Shown: positions 1 through 9,335 of the stretch, piece by piece
How the letters are laid out: each line of letters opens with the position of its first letter
Numbering within the stretch: the stretch's first letter is position 1
Assembly (NCBI GenBank): GCA_038087875.1
Contig: JAXLNO010004914.1
Location: 1 to 39,567 of the forward strand
Direction of reading: 5' to 3'
Length of the DNA: 39,567 nt
Origin: Malacoraja senta
Lineage: Eukaryota
Made by a program: the position numbers and the translations under genes
Notes under the pieces: model-generated
Seen by the model: the letters and a program-made list of their open reading frames with translations, nothing else
Told to the model about the DNA's origin: nothing
Databases searched by the model: none

Positions 1-282
1 AGTCTGGTGAACCCTTCACTGTACTCCCTCTTTGGCAAGAATGTCTTTCCTCAGATTAGGAGAACAAAACTGTATGCAATACTCCAGGTGTGGTCTCACC
101 AAGATCCTGTGCAACTGCAGTAGAACCTCCCTGCTCCTATACTCAAATCCTTTTGCTATGAATGCTAACATACCATTCGCTTTCTTCACTGCCTGCTGCA
201 CCTGCATGCCTACTTTCAATGACTGGTGTACCATGACACCCAGGTCTCGTTGCATCTCCCCTTTTCCTAATCGGCCACCATC
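1..282 (-). mobile_element. CR1 LINE ORF2 C-terminal fragment
   Basis: ORF 16..255 (-) reads QRDLGVMVHQSLKV...GMLAFIAKGFEYRSREVLLQLHRILVRPHLEYCIQF, typical of the CR1 RT C-terminal region. Confidence 0.85.
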
Positions 283-592
283 GCCTCAGTCCACCCACCT
301 GCCTTCCTCCGGCCCCAACCCTCATCCCTGCCGTGTGTTCACCCATCCCCCCTGACCTCCCCCTCTCAGATACCGAACGGTCTGTCCTCAGCAGATGCCT
401 CACCTTTGTCCCCCCTCCGTCCCCACCTCAATGAGTTCCGCGCCCGCTTCGATTTGGAGCTCTTCTTCCCTCGCTTCCGCTCACACCGTTCTTCCACGGG
501 AAGGAGTCCTCGCCCCCATTGGTGATCCCTTTTCCCGTCTCCAACGGACCCCATCCTCTTGGACCCCCCCCCCCCCATGGCCATTGGGATAG
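283..592 (+). mobile_element. Penelope-like element (PLE) ORF N-terminal fragment, frameshifted
   Basis: Translating across frames gives PCRVFT/PPDLPLSDTERSVLSRCLTFVPLRPHLNEFRARFDLELFF.../DPFSRLQRTPSSWTPP. This matches the LSxGLxFxP-type N-terminal motif of PLE RT ORFs. CpG-rich. Confidence 0.7.
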
Positions 593-624
593 TCGATGAC
601 GGAGTTGAAGGGAAAGAGAGTAAA

Positions 625-1030
625 GGGAGGGTTAATGACCCCAGAATTGATCCTCTCCACATCCACTCTATCCAAGCTTTTCACTATTTGGTATGATTCA
701 ATGAGGTCTCCCCTTATTCTTCTAAAATCCAGCGAGTACCGGTCCACTGCCATCAAATGCTCATCATATGTTAATCCATTAATTCCTGGGATCATTCTTG
801 TAAACCTCCTCTGGACCCTCTATAGAGCCAGCACATCCTTCCTCAGATATGGTGCCCAAAATTGCTCACAATGCTCCAAATGTGGCTTGACTGGTGCCTT
901 ATAGAACCTCAGCATTACATCCCTGTTTGACAGGGAGAAAATGCAATTGATATCTTTCATATTAGTTAACCATGGATTTTCTTGACCACAGTTGACAGCC
1001 CCTAATGGGATTGCATCTCTTTCACACATC
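625..1030 (-). mobile_element. CR1 LINE ORF2 fragment, decayed
   Basis: (-) ORFs read RDVMLRFYKAPVKPHLEHCEQFWAPYLRKDVLAL and IPGINGLTYDEHL...YSLDFRRIRGDLIESYQIVKSLDRVDVE. Confidence 0.8.
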
Positions 1031-1249
1031 TCTATAGAGCACAGCGTTAAGCTTCGAAGGGCAAAATTTACACGAGTTGTGCAGGTCAAGTGTTTTTTTG
1101 CAGAGAGAGCTTGATACCTAGAATGCGCTACCAGGAGTGGTGGTAGAGGAGGACATGATAATGGTGCTTAAGAAGGTTTTGGACAGGCTTGTGGTTATGC
1201 AGGGAATACAAGGATATGGATCACATGCAGGCAGTGGAGATGAGTTTTG

Positions 1250-1544
1250 GTTTAGTTTAGAGATAGAGTATGGAAACAGGAACTTTGGGCCACTGAGTCC
1301 GCACTGACCAGCAATTGCCCATTCACTATTTCTGTCCGACAAGCTAGGGACAATTTACAGAAGCCAATTAACCTACAAACCTGCACGTCTTTTGTATTTG
1401 CGAGGAAACCGGAGCCCCCAGAGAAAACCCACAGGGTGACAGAGGGAACGTACAAACTCCGTCCAGACAGCACTCTAGTCAGGATCAAACCCGGGTCTCT
1501 AATGCTGTAAGACAGCCACTCTATCACTGTGCCTCTGTGTTGCC
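1250..1544 (-). mobile_element. tRNA-derived V-SINE (HE1-like)
   Basis: Reverse complement contains the V-domain (GGAGTTTGTACGTTC...GGGTTTTCTC...CTCCGGTTTCCTC), a tRNA-like head, and a CTAAAC-type tail. Confidence 0.8.
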
Positions 1545-1829
1545 TCAGTTTAACTTGGTATCCTGTTCCACATGGACATTGCAGGCTGAAAGTCCTGTTC
1601 TTGTACTGTTCTATGTTCTATATACTCTCATTGGACAGGGCAGGGATATGTTTTCCACTCCTCCAGCCTCCATGTTGAATACTTACTCCCAGTTTAAATC
1701 TGATTTAATTAGTCAATCCATTTCTCCCTCCCCTCCTGCCCTGATCCCCATTCTATATCTTGAAGTAGTCATTCCCTTTTTCATTCCCTGGTCTGTCTAC
1801 TATCCCCACAACTTTCCTCTACTTTCTTG

Positions 1830-2060
1830 TCTTGGTGCATGCAACATCTATCCATTTATCTCTTCCCTTCCCACTGTCCATAGACCCAGGCAGTTCTTCA
1901 AAGTGAAACAGCGTGAAACACTTGGACTCCAGTCAAATCTACTGCATTTGGTTTTCATGATGTAATCTTCCACATTGCATCAATGAAACAAATAGAATGG
2001 CTGCTTTCTGGAGAACCTGCATTCAATCCATGGGACTTTCTAAGATTCCTAATTCCTGCC
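1830..2060 (+). mobile_element. Decayed PLE GIY-YIG endonuclease region
   Basis: CNIYPFISSLPTVHRPRQFFKVKQR...SSQIYCIW resembles the CxxC...TIQGPKQSFQVRQRFTC...IYCI region of PLE GIY-YIG domains. Confidence 0.55.
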
Positions 2061-2102
2061 ACTCAAAAAAAAAAAAGCTAAGTTGCGGTTTATTATTGTC
2101 AC

Positions 2103-2380
2103 GTTTAGTTTCGAGGTACAGCATGGAAATAGGCCTTTTGGCCCACTGAACCTGTGCTGACTAACGACCACACAAATATTAGTTCTATCCTACACACTAG
2201 GGACAATTTACAGAAGCCAAAAAACGTACAAACCTGCACTTCTTTGAATGTGACGGAACTGTAGGACCCGGAGATAACTCACATGGTCACAGGGAGAATA
2301 TATGAACTCTATATAGACAGCACCCATTGTCAGGATTGAACTTTGGTCTGTGGTACTGTAAGGCAGCAACTTTCCAGGTA
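2103..2380 (-). mobile_element. V-SINE
   Basis: Same family as 1250-1544 (GGACAATTTACAGAAGCCAA, CAAACCTGCAC, GACAGCACCC...CAGGATTGAAC). Confidence 0.75.
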
Positions 2381-2520
2381 CAGTTGCATGCTATCCAATT
2401 GGATGAGATAACAACATACATATATATGATCAAGTCAACTCAAGTACTGTAGGTAGAGCAAAGGGGAAGGTACAGAGTGTGGCATATAGTTCTCAGCAAT
2501 GTAGCACACCAGTTCCATTA

Positions 2521-2645
2521 GATAAGGGTTTCGACACGAAACGTGACACATTCCTTCTCTCCAGAGATGCTGCCTGACCCGTTGAGTTACTCTAGCATTT
2601 TGTGTCTATCTGCGGTTTAAACCAGCATCTACAGTTCCTTCCTAC
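2521..2645 (+). repeat. PLE-associated short repeat with decayed hammerhead-like head
   Basis: AAGGGTTTCGACACGAAACGTGAC followed by CAGAGATGCTGCCTGACCCGTTGAGTTACTCTAGCATTTTGTGTCTATC. Related copies at about 6121, 6738, 8430, 30960 and 37070. Confidence 0.7.
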
Positions 2646-3176
2646 ATAGTTCTATAAACAAAGTCCACTCTCTGTAATGGGGTAGTGGTCAATTGGACAG
2701 TACCCTAGCTTATGGAACAATCATTCAGAAGCCTGATTTTCTCCTCGGTTATCAAGTTTCCGAGTAAGCCATTTGGTCTTCTAACCTGCCCACCATTCAA
2801 TATGACCATGGCTGACGTTCCTCAGACATCAACTCCTGTTCGGTGCCAGTTCCTCATTGCACTCAATTCTCCAATCTTTCAAAAGTTTAACCACCGCCAC
2901 ATTAAATACTTCCAATGATTTTGTCTTCACAAATCTCTGGTGTCAAGAGCGCCAGAGAATGACCACTCTCTGCAAAAAGAGATTTTGTAAACAAATGACT
3001 GGTCTCTTTTATCTCTTATTGAAGAGGAGTGAAAATACTGCCAATTTTAAGCTTGTCCCCTCCCCAATTGGCCCTCATTTCGTAACTTGTCAATTATTTA
3101 TTATTGTCAATAATGTGCCCTAGTGAAAAGATTTGCCGTTGGTATTAGTTTATTATTGTAACGTGAACTGAGATAT

Positions 3177-3465
3177 TGTAGCGGCACCAAACGTGGTGAA
3201 TAAAGGTGAGACGTCAGGCCGGTTCAAAGAGTCGTTTATTCAGTGCTGACACGTTAGGTTGGTGCCGACTATCATAACAGTGTTGCTGTAGCTGAGGCGA
3301 GGTTGTTCCCTCGTGCTCAGCTACGGGTTGAACTCCTCAAGGTCTCGAGGTGAGATGACCTTAAGTACCAGGACACTCCCTCTAGCCTATGACGTCACGT
3401 GCCCGCCCTCGTACTTCCTAACGAGGGTTCGAGCATAAGTGGCCCGTGTATAGGCTGCCGCCACA
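3177..3465 (-). mobile_element. Solo LTR (289 bp) with 4-bp TSD ATAT
   Basis: Begins TGTAGCGGCA and ends TGCCGCCACA (imperfect 10-bp inverted termini, TG...CA). ATAT at 3173-3176 and 3466-3469. CpG-rich. Minus orientation is inferred from AATAAA on - at 3235-3240 and is not certain. Confidence 0.8.
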
Positions 3466-3957
3466 ATATAGTCAAAAGTTTGTCTGTGTGTTTATCCAAT
3501 CAGATCATACTACACATGTGCAATCAAGCCATCCACAAGTAGAACAGTGCAAAGAGAAAACTACTCAGAGTGCAGAATACCGGGTTACAATATCATAGCA
3601 TTACAGTTACAGAGAAAGTGCAGATCAAAAAGAGTTGCAAGGTTCACAATGAGATTGGTTGGAAGATCAGGGCAACATCTTATCTTACATGAGAACCATT
3701 CAGTAGTCCAATAACAGTGGGGAAGAAACTGTTCCTGAATTTAATGGTACGTACTTTCAAACTTTTCTTGTGTACTGTCTTAACAGGGAGCGTGCGATCC
3801 CTTTTAAACCACGTGGTTGGTTGATGGGACGAAAGAGGCAAAGCGGGGTAGATGTGGACAGTAACTTGGTGGTTGTAGTAGACTGAAGAATATTTTGTTG
3901 TGGGTGACTGTGCAAGTTTTTACTGAAGGTGAAAATAACCATCTTACTGTCTTGTAA

Positions 3958-4224
3958 TTTCCCCTGAGGTATCTGCCGCTGCCCGCCCTGATGACCATTC
4001 AGTCCTGTACTGCACTGTGTTTGGATTTTACCCACCGGCCATCAATGTCAGCTGGTTACAGAATGGTCAACATGTCTCTGAGACCAAATCTTCTGGGGTC
4101 ATACCCAACAACGATGGAACATATCATCTAAAGTCTGTCCTTGAGTATGATCCATATGATGGGAAACAGTATTCCTGTCATGTCGATCACAGCAGCCTGC
4201 CCGGTGGGAAGACCATCATCTGGG
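3958..4224 (+). CDS. MHC class I-like heavy chain, alpha3 (Ig C1-set) exon; acceptor non-canonical, possibly a pseudogene or null allele
   Basis: Open 267-nt phase 1-1 exon: SPEVSAAARPDDHSVLYCTVFGFYPPAINVSWLQNGQHVSETKSSGVIPNNDGTYHLKSVLEYDPYDGKQYSCHVDHSSLPGGKTIIW. Has C1-set Cys-Trp-Cys, GFYP, the class I PxxDGT(F/Y) motif and YSCHVxHSSL. Donor G|GTAAG at 4225. Confidence 0.85.
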
Positions 4225-4463
4225 GTAAGAACATTAAATATTCTTTCATAGATAATCATTATCTTCTGTTGTTTCCATTTTAATCATCGTGAATACATCT
4301 CATATTCCAAGATGCTTAAACTTTCTTTGTTTAGTGGTGTTGCTCTAAGCAATCACGTAATCAGCACCCACTCTCCACAAGAGCAGAAGACTTTGTCAAC
4401 AGAACATTTATCAAAAGTAAATAAATAACTAATATACAAGGAAGGAGTATTTGAGATTCTCAG

Positions 4464-4487
4464 TGGTGGAACTGAAATCCATGAAAG
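4464..4487 (+). CDS. Candidate 24-nt connecting-peptide micro-exon (VVELKSMK)
   Basis: TTCTCAG|TGGTGGAACTGAAATCCATGAAAG|GTATGT; symmetric phase 1-1 and open in the alpha3/TM frame; weak polypyrimidine tract. Confidence 0.3.
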
Positions 4488-4584
4488 GTATGTTTAAATA
4501 AAAAATGAATCTTTCCTCATGATGTGATTAACAGCAAGGCACTGGGGGAGTACATGCCCCAATCTGAATCAATGGTCCGAAGTG

Positions 4585-5275
4585 GAAATGATTGAGAGCT
4601 TCATGTTCCTTGGCATGAATATATCCAATATTCGGTCATGGACTGGCCACATAGCCAAGGAGGCACACCGACACCTCTACTTCCTCAGGAGACTGAGAAT
4701 ATTCATCATGTCTCTGGTGACTCCAGCAAACATCTATAGATGCCGCTAGAGAAAGCATGTTGTTGGGTTGCATCACATCTTGATTTGGGAACTGCACTGC
4801 CCAAGACTGCAAGAATATACAAAGAGTTAAAGATCATCACACAGGCCAGACTTCCCACTATTGATTCAGTCTACACCAAGTTGCCTTGAAAAATGAGACT
4901 TATCCCACCCCGGTCATTCCTCCTTCCTGCTCCCATCAGGCAATGGGTACAGAAAGTTGAAAATATACACTGCCAGACTCAGGAACACCCCCTTTCCATC
5001 TGTTAACAAGCTTCGGAAGGGTCCTTCCATAATGTAGGTTTAATGCCCGATTTACCTCAACCTCATTGCACATTGAACATTGTCTATGGAACTGATGCGT
5101 TACAATGCTGAGAACGATATTCTGTACTCTGTATCCTCCTCTTTGCTCTATCTATTGTTTTTGAGTTTGTATTTATGTATAGTCTTATAATTTGTTTGGA
5201 TAGCATACAAAACAAACCTTTGCTCTGTATTTTGAAACATCTGGCATTAATAAAACTAAACCTAATGAAGTAAGT
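4585..5275 (+). mobile_element. Decayed Rex1/Babar-type LINE 3' part
   Basis: ESFMFLGMNIS...AKEAHRHLYFLRRLRIF...ESMLLGCITS resembles the DUF1891-type C-terminus of Rex1 ORF2; many disablements. Confidence 0.65.
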
Positions 5276-5725
5276 TCCATGACGCAAGTTACAGATTCAG
5301 CAACAAAAAATATAACTGCCTGACAAACAGCGATCGTAGTAGTTTGATTCCAAGTATGCTGCACTAACCTACACAAATGCTCACTTTTGAAGATTCCCTC
5401 GAACAATGCACAACTAAGGAATCTGATGTTTCACTCTGAAGACTGTTGACATACTCCAGAACTTAATTTCCAACCTATCTATGTATCATCAGCAATCTAG
5501 GCTACAGCGCCACCAGTCCCTTCATGTGCTCTTAATACCAACGATAAGTAGTTCACTTTCTTGCATTGATTCCCAACCTGCAGTTGCAGTTTCCCAACCT
5601 GAACACTCCTTTAAAACAACTCTCTGCTTGCTCTTAATTGTTTTTTCCATTCATGCTAATTATTACCCCCAATGTCATAAGCCTTTGCATCACTTGATTG
5701 ATATCTTATGAAAATCCAGATATTG

Positions 5726-5744
5726 TGGCGACATCTGGTGGTCA
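5726..5744 (-). promoter_or_regulatory. Predicted CTCF-binding site
   Basis: Reverse complement TGACCACCAGATGTCGCCA closely matches the CTCF core consensus TGGCCACCAG(G/A)(G/T)GGCGCTA. Confidence 0.5.
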
Positions 5745-6120
5745 GGCCACTTATTGCTAGAACCCTCGTCAGGGGAACTGGGACTATCACATGACAGGGT
5801 TTTGGTGGGAGTTGGTGATGAATCAGTCGCCAGTCAACTGGTGTGCCCGATTACAATGGCAGGAACTTTGCTCAAGTCCTTACTAAACGCGAGTGTGCCA
5901 AAACTGTATTTCTTTTAAAAAAACATTGATTTGTTCACGACGTTTGGATCTCTACAATATATTGTATTTCTTTCGTTTCTCATTCCAATTTTGTTACCTA
6001 TTCTGCTTTTCCATCATTTTGTTTTTGAATTTTAGACTGTGCACACCTGCTGCTCGAATATACATTGTCTACGGGTTCCTGTTGCATTTTCAAAGAATTC
6101 TAATCAATTTCTCAAACAAA

Positions 6121-6328
6121 GTTTGAAGAAGGGTCCCAAAACGAAACGTCACCTGTCCATGTGTAAGAAGAAACTGCAAATGCTGGTTTACTCCGAAGAT
6201 GGACACAAATTGCTGGAATAACTCAGCTGGTCAGCCAGCATCTCTGGAGAAAAGGAATAGGTGATGAATCCATGTTCGCCAGAGATGCTGCCTGTTCCGC
6301 TGAGTTACTCCAGCATTTTGTGTCTATC
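6121..6328 (+). repeat. PLE-associated hammerhead repeat containing an inverted copy of itself
   Basis: TTGAAGAAGGGTCCCAAAACGAAACGTCACC head. An antisense copy at 6163-6268 is flanked by TCCATGT (6156-6162 and 6269-6275), after which the sense copy resumes. Confidence 0.7.
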
Positions 6329-6737
6329 ATGTATATTCTTTCCACTGACTGGTTAGCATGAAACAAAAGCTTTTCACTTTACCTCAATACATGTGACAAT
6401 AAACTAAACTAAAGCTTTTGTGTAAATCAGTATCTGCATCTCTTTCTTTCTACAATTTTCCTGTTAATGCCCTGATAATGCACTTTATTGTTTTGTTATT
6501 ACTTAAATGTTCTGCCATTATTGAAAGGAATCCAGCATTTTCCCCAAAACAAATGTTAGTTTATATAGGGTTAAAGCTTTCTGCTTTCAATTCACCTTCT
6601 TTCATGAATTAAGTTGTGGCTGTGATGGTGCCATAGATCATAGAGTTGTACAGAACATATATTGTCCCTTTGCCATGCTGCAGAACTCCGTGATTCAAAA
6701 CACCATATCATCTTATATACCTTGAAAAGTGCCAAAG

Positions 6738-6828
6738 ATAGACACAAAATGCTGGAGTAACTCAGCGGTCAGGTAGCATCTCTGGAGAAAAGGAATAGGT
6801 GGCATTTCGGGTCGAGACCCTTCTTTAC
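6738..6828 (-). repeat. PLE-associated hammerhead repeat
   Basis: Reverse complement: GTAAAGA-AGGGTCTCGACCC-GAAATGCCACCTATTCC...GAGTTACTCCAGCATTTTGTGTCTATCT; stem II intact, core mutated. Confidence 0.7.
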
Positions 6829-6914
6829 TCTGAAGTCTTCAGACAGTGCCCATCTATTTAGCTGCACAGCTTAGCAATTGATTTGTAAAATTATGCATTC
6901 TTATTTTTCACAAG

Positions 6915-7019
6915 GAAATAGGAAGAAAGACAGGCACATAGGCCTTATTGCCGTGTGTGTGCTGATATTGCTGGCTATTGTCTTGGCAGTAATTGTTTGG
7001 TGGAGAAAAAAGAGGAGAG
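6915..7019 (+). CDS. MHC class I-like heavy chain transmembrane exon
   Basis: TTATTTTTCACAAG|...|GTAAG; 105 nt, phase 1-1. Encodes (G)NRKKDRHIGLIAVCVLILLAIVLAVIVWWRKKRR, a hydrophobic span followed by a basic stop-transfer cluster, in frame with the alpha3 exon. Confidence 0.85.
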
Positions 7020-7269
7020 GTAAGATGGAAAAATTGTGATGCACTGTTGCTAGTAAAGGTATTGGGCTTGAAGAAATGATCGATCTCAAGTAGGATAAGG
7101 CAGCAGCTACACCTGAAATGCCTCGACAGTCACCACTGTCAACTAGTCTTTGTGCTGTTGTTAAATGTTTCTGATAATCAGATATTTAAAAATTGTGAAT
7201 TCAGTGTAAAAAAATGTTATACATTATGGATTCACTGCCCCAAATCCTAGAAATATCAATGAGTCATTA

Positions 7270-7585
7270 AAAAGTACAGCATGCAAGCAGTCCTTTCGGC
7301 CCACCGTGTCCATGCCAACCACCAACCACCTATTCTCATGAATTCTATCTCATTGCACCTTCTCATCCAGTCACCCACCCACTAGGGGCAATTTACAGTG
7401 GCCAATTAAACTATAAACTGACACATCTTAGGATGTGTGAGGAAACCGGAGCCCCTGGAGGGATCCAATGCGGTTACACGGAGAACGTGCAAACTCCACA
7501 TAGATGGCACTCAAGGTCAAAATTGAACCCGGGTCTGTGTCGCTGTGAGGCAGCAGCTCTACGAGTTGTGACACTGTGCTGCTCT
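7270..7585 (-). mobile_element. V-SINE
   Basis: GGAAACCGGAGC...GGAGAACGTGCAAACTCCACA...GAACCCGGGTCT...GTGAGGCAGCAGCTCTAC, the V-domain plus tRNA head on -. Confidence 0.8.
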
Positions 7586-7659
7586 GTTGGGGGCTCGCAC
7601 TGTTCATGATCCAAGTCAGCTATGAGGCAGATTGGTTGCAGTTTAACGTTTACTAGTTT

Positions 7660-7975
7660 TGTTTTAGTTTAATTTAGAGATACAGTGACGAAACAGGTCC
7701 TTAGGCCCACCAAGTCTGCGCTGACCAGTGATCCCCGCACATTAACACTATCCTATACACGCACACCAAGCCAATTAACCTACATACCTGTACGTCTTTG
7801 GAGTGTGGGAGGAAACCTTAGATCTTGGAGAAAACCCACGCGGTCACGGGGAGAATGTACAAACTCTGTACAGACAGCATCAGTAGTCGGGATCGAACCC
7901 GGGTCTCCGGTTCTGCAAGCACTGTAAGGCAGCAACTCTACCGATGCACACAGTAGCTGCCACCAAGGCCGCTGT
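7660..7975 (-). mobile_element. V-SINE
   Basis: Same V-domain motifs (GGAGAAAACCCACGCGGTCACGGGGAGAATGTACAAACTC; GGGATCGAACCCGGGTCTC). Confidence 0.8.
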
Positions 7976-8864
7976 TGCTGGAAAACTCCAAATTAAGTGG
8001 GAATGTGAGTAGTGGGAGAAATGGTTCAAGGTGGAAAGCCGAATGAATGAGCAACAACATGACAGGTGGACTACAATGTGAAACAGGACAGCACAGAGCC
8101 AAAGACCTGAATTAAATACCGACATCGGCTGTTGTATCTGTAGAGTTTGCATGTTGTTCCTGTGACCATGTGGGTTTCCCCAGGTGCTCTGGTTTCCTCC
8201 CACATCCCCAAAACATTGTTTGGTAGGTTAGTTGTCCCCTAGATTGTGCATGATACAATGTGGGGAGAGCTGATGAGAATGTGGGACAAATATAGGATTA
8301 GTGTACATGAATGGTTGATGCAGGTCAGTGGGACAAAGGCCATGTTTGTATGCTGCATATTTCCATGACTCTTTATGAAGTAGAAAGATGCTGACTATTT
8401 TTGATTTATAAGATTGGGAAAGACATGTGAGGGACAGTGCTATAGTAACTCAGCAGGTCAGGCAACATCCCTGGAGACCATGGATAGGTGACAATCTGGT
8501 TCGAGACTCTTCAGGCAAATTACAATGGGTATTCCTCCGCTTAAGTCTGATAGTAGTGTACAGATGCACCTCAACCACTGACTTGCTCAACAAGTGCTTA
8601 AATTAGTCGAATTAAAGTATGTTTGGAGTAACGTGCAGCAGTCCTTAAAATCTACCATTTCCCAAATCCCAAGAGAGCTGGATGATCAGGGTTTTAGTGT
8701 AAATTCAGTCATCTATATCACTGGTTTCTTGCCTGTGATCACACTGTTGTAAGATATATTCTGGTGATGAATTGCAGTTCACTTTCCTCCTGTGTAAAGG
8801 AGTTATTGTGTTGAATATAACAAGTGGAAGGGAAAGTCAGTGTAGGATTTAGAGTTTGTACATA

Positions 8865-9160
8865 ATGCAGCATGGTAGTGCAGCTGGTAGAACTGCTGCC
8901 TCACAACGCCATAGACCCAGGTTCAATCTGGACCTCGGGTACTGTCTACGTGGAGTTTGCACATTCTCTTGTGACTATGTGGGCTACCTCAGGGAGCTCC
9001 GGTTTCCTCCCATATCCCAAAGATGAGCAGGTGTGCAGGTAATCATCCTCGGTAAGTCACCCTGACAGTGTAGGGGGTGGATGGGAATCTATTATGAATG
9101 GGCGATTGCTGGTTAGTATGGATTTGGTGGCACAAATGTCCTGCTTACACACTGTATCAC
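8865..9160 (+). mobile_element. V-SINE
   Basis: A-box/B-box-like head GGTAGTGCAGCTGGTAGAAC...GGTTCAATC, then GTGGAGTTTGCACATTCTC...CTCCGGTTTCCTCC. Confidence 0.75.
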
Positions 9161-9161
9161 T

Positions 9162-9335
9162 GTTTTCAAGAGAGAGTTAGATTTAGCTCTTAGGGCTAAG
9201 GGAGTCAAGGGATATGGGGGGAAAGCCAGATCGGAGTATTAATTTTGGATGATCAGCCATGATTGTATTGAATGGCGGTGCTGGCTTAAAGGGCCGAATA
9301 GCCTATTCCTGCACCTATTTTTTTATGTTTCTATC
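9162..9335 (+). mobile_element. CR1 3' end
   Basis: GATCAGCCATGATTGTATTGAATGGCGGTGCTGGCTTAAAGGGCCGAATAGCCTATTCCTGCACCTATTTTTTATGTTTCTAT, the CR1 3' UTR and tail. Confidence 0.8.

Noticed and set aside
3958-7019. MHC class II beta or W-category assignment
   Set aside because: The TM has a single Gly and lacks the class II-type Gly pairing motifs; class I fits better, though a phylogeny is needed
8511-8560. Possible cytoplasmic exon (ANYNGYSSA-stop) after TTCAG
   Set aside because: That peptide needs phase 0 while the TM donor is phase 1, and the AG lies inside a decayed repeat
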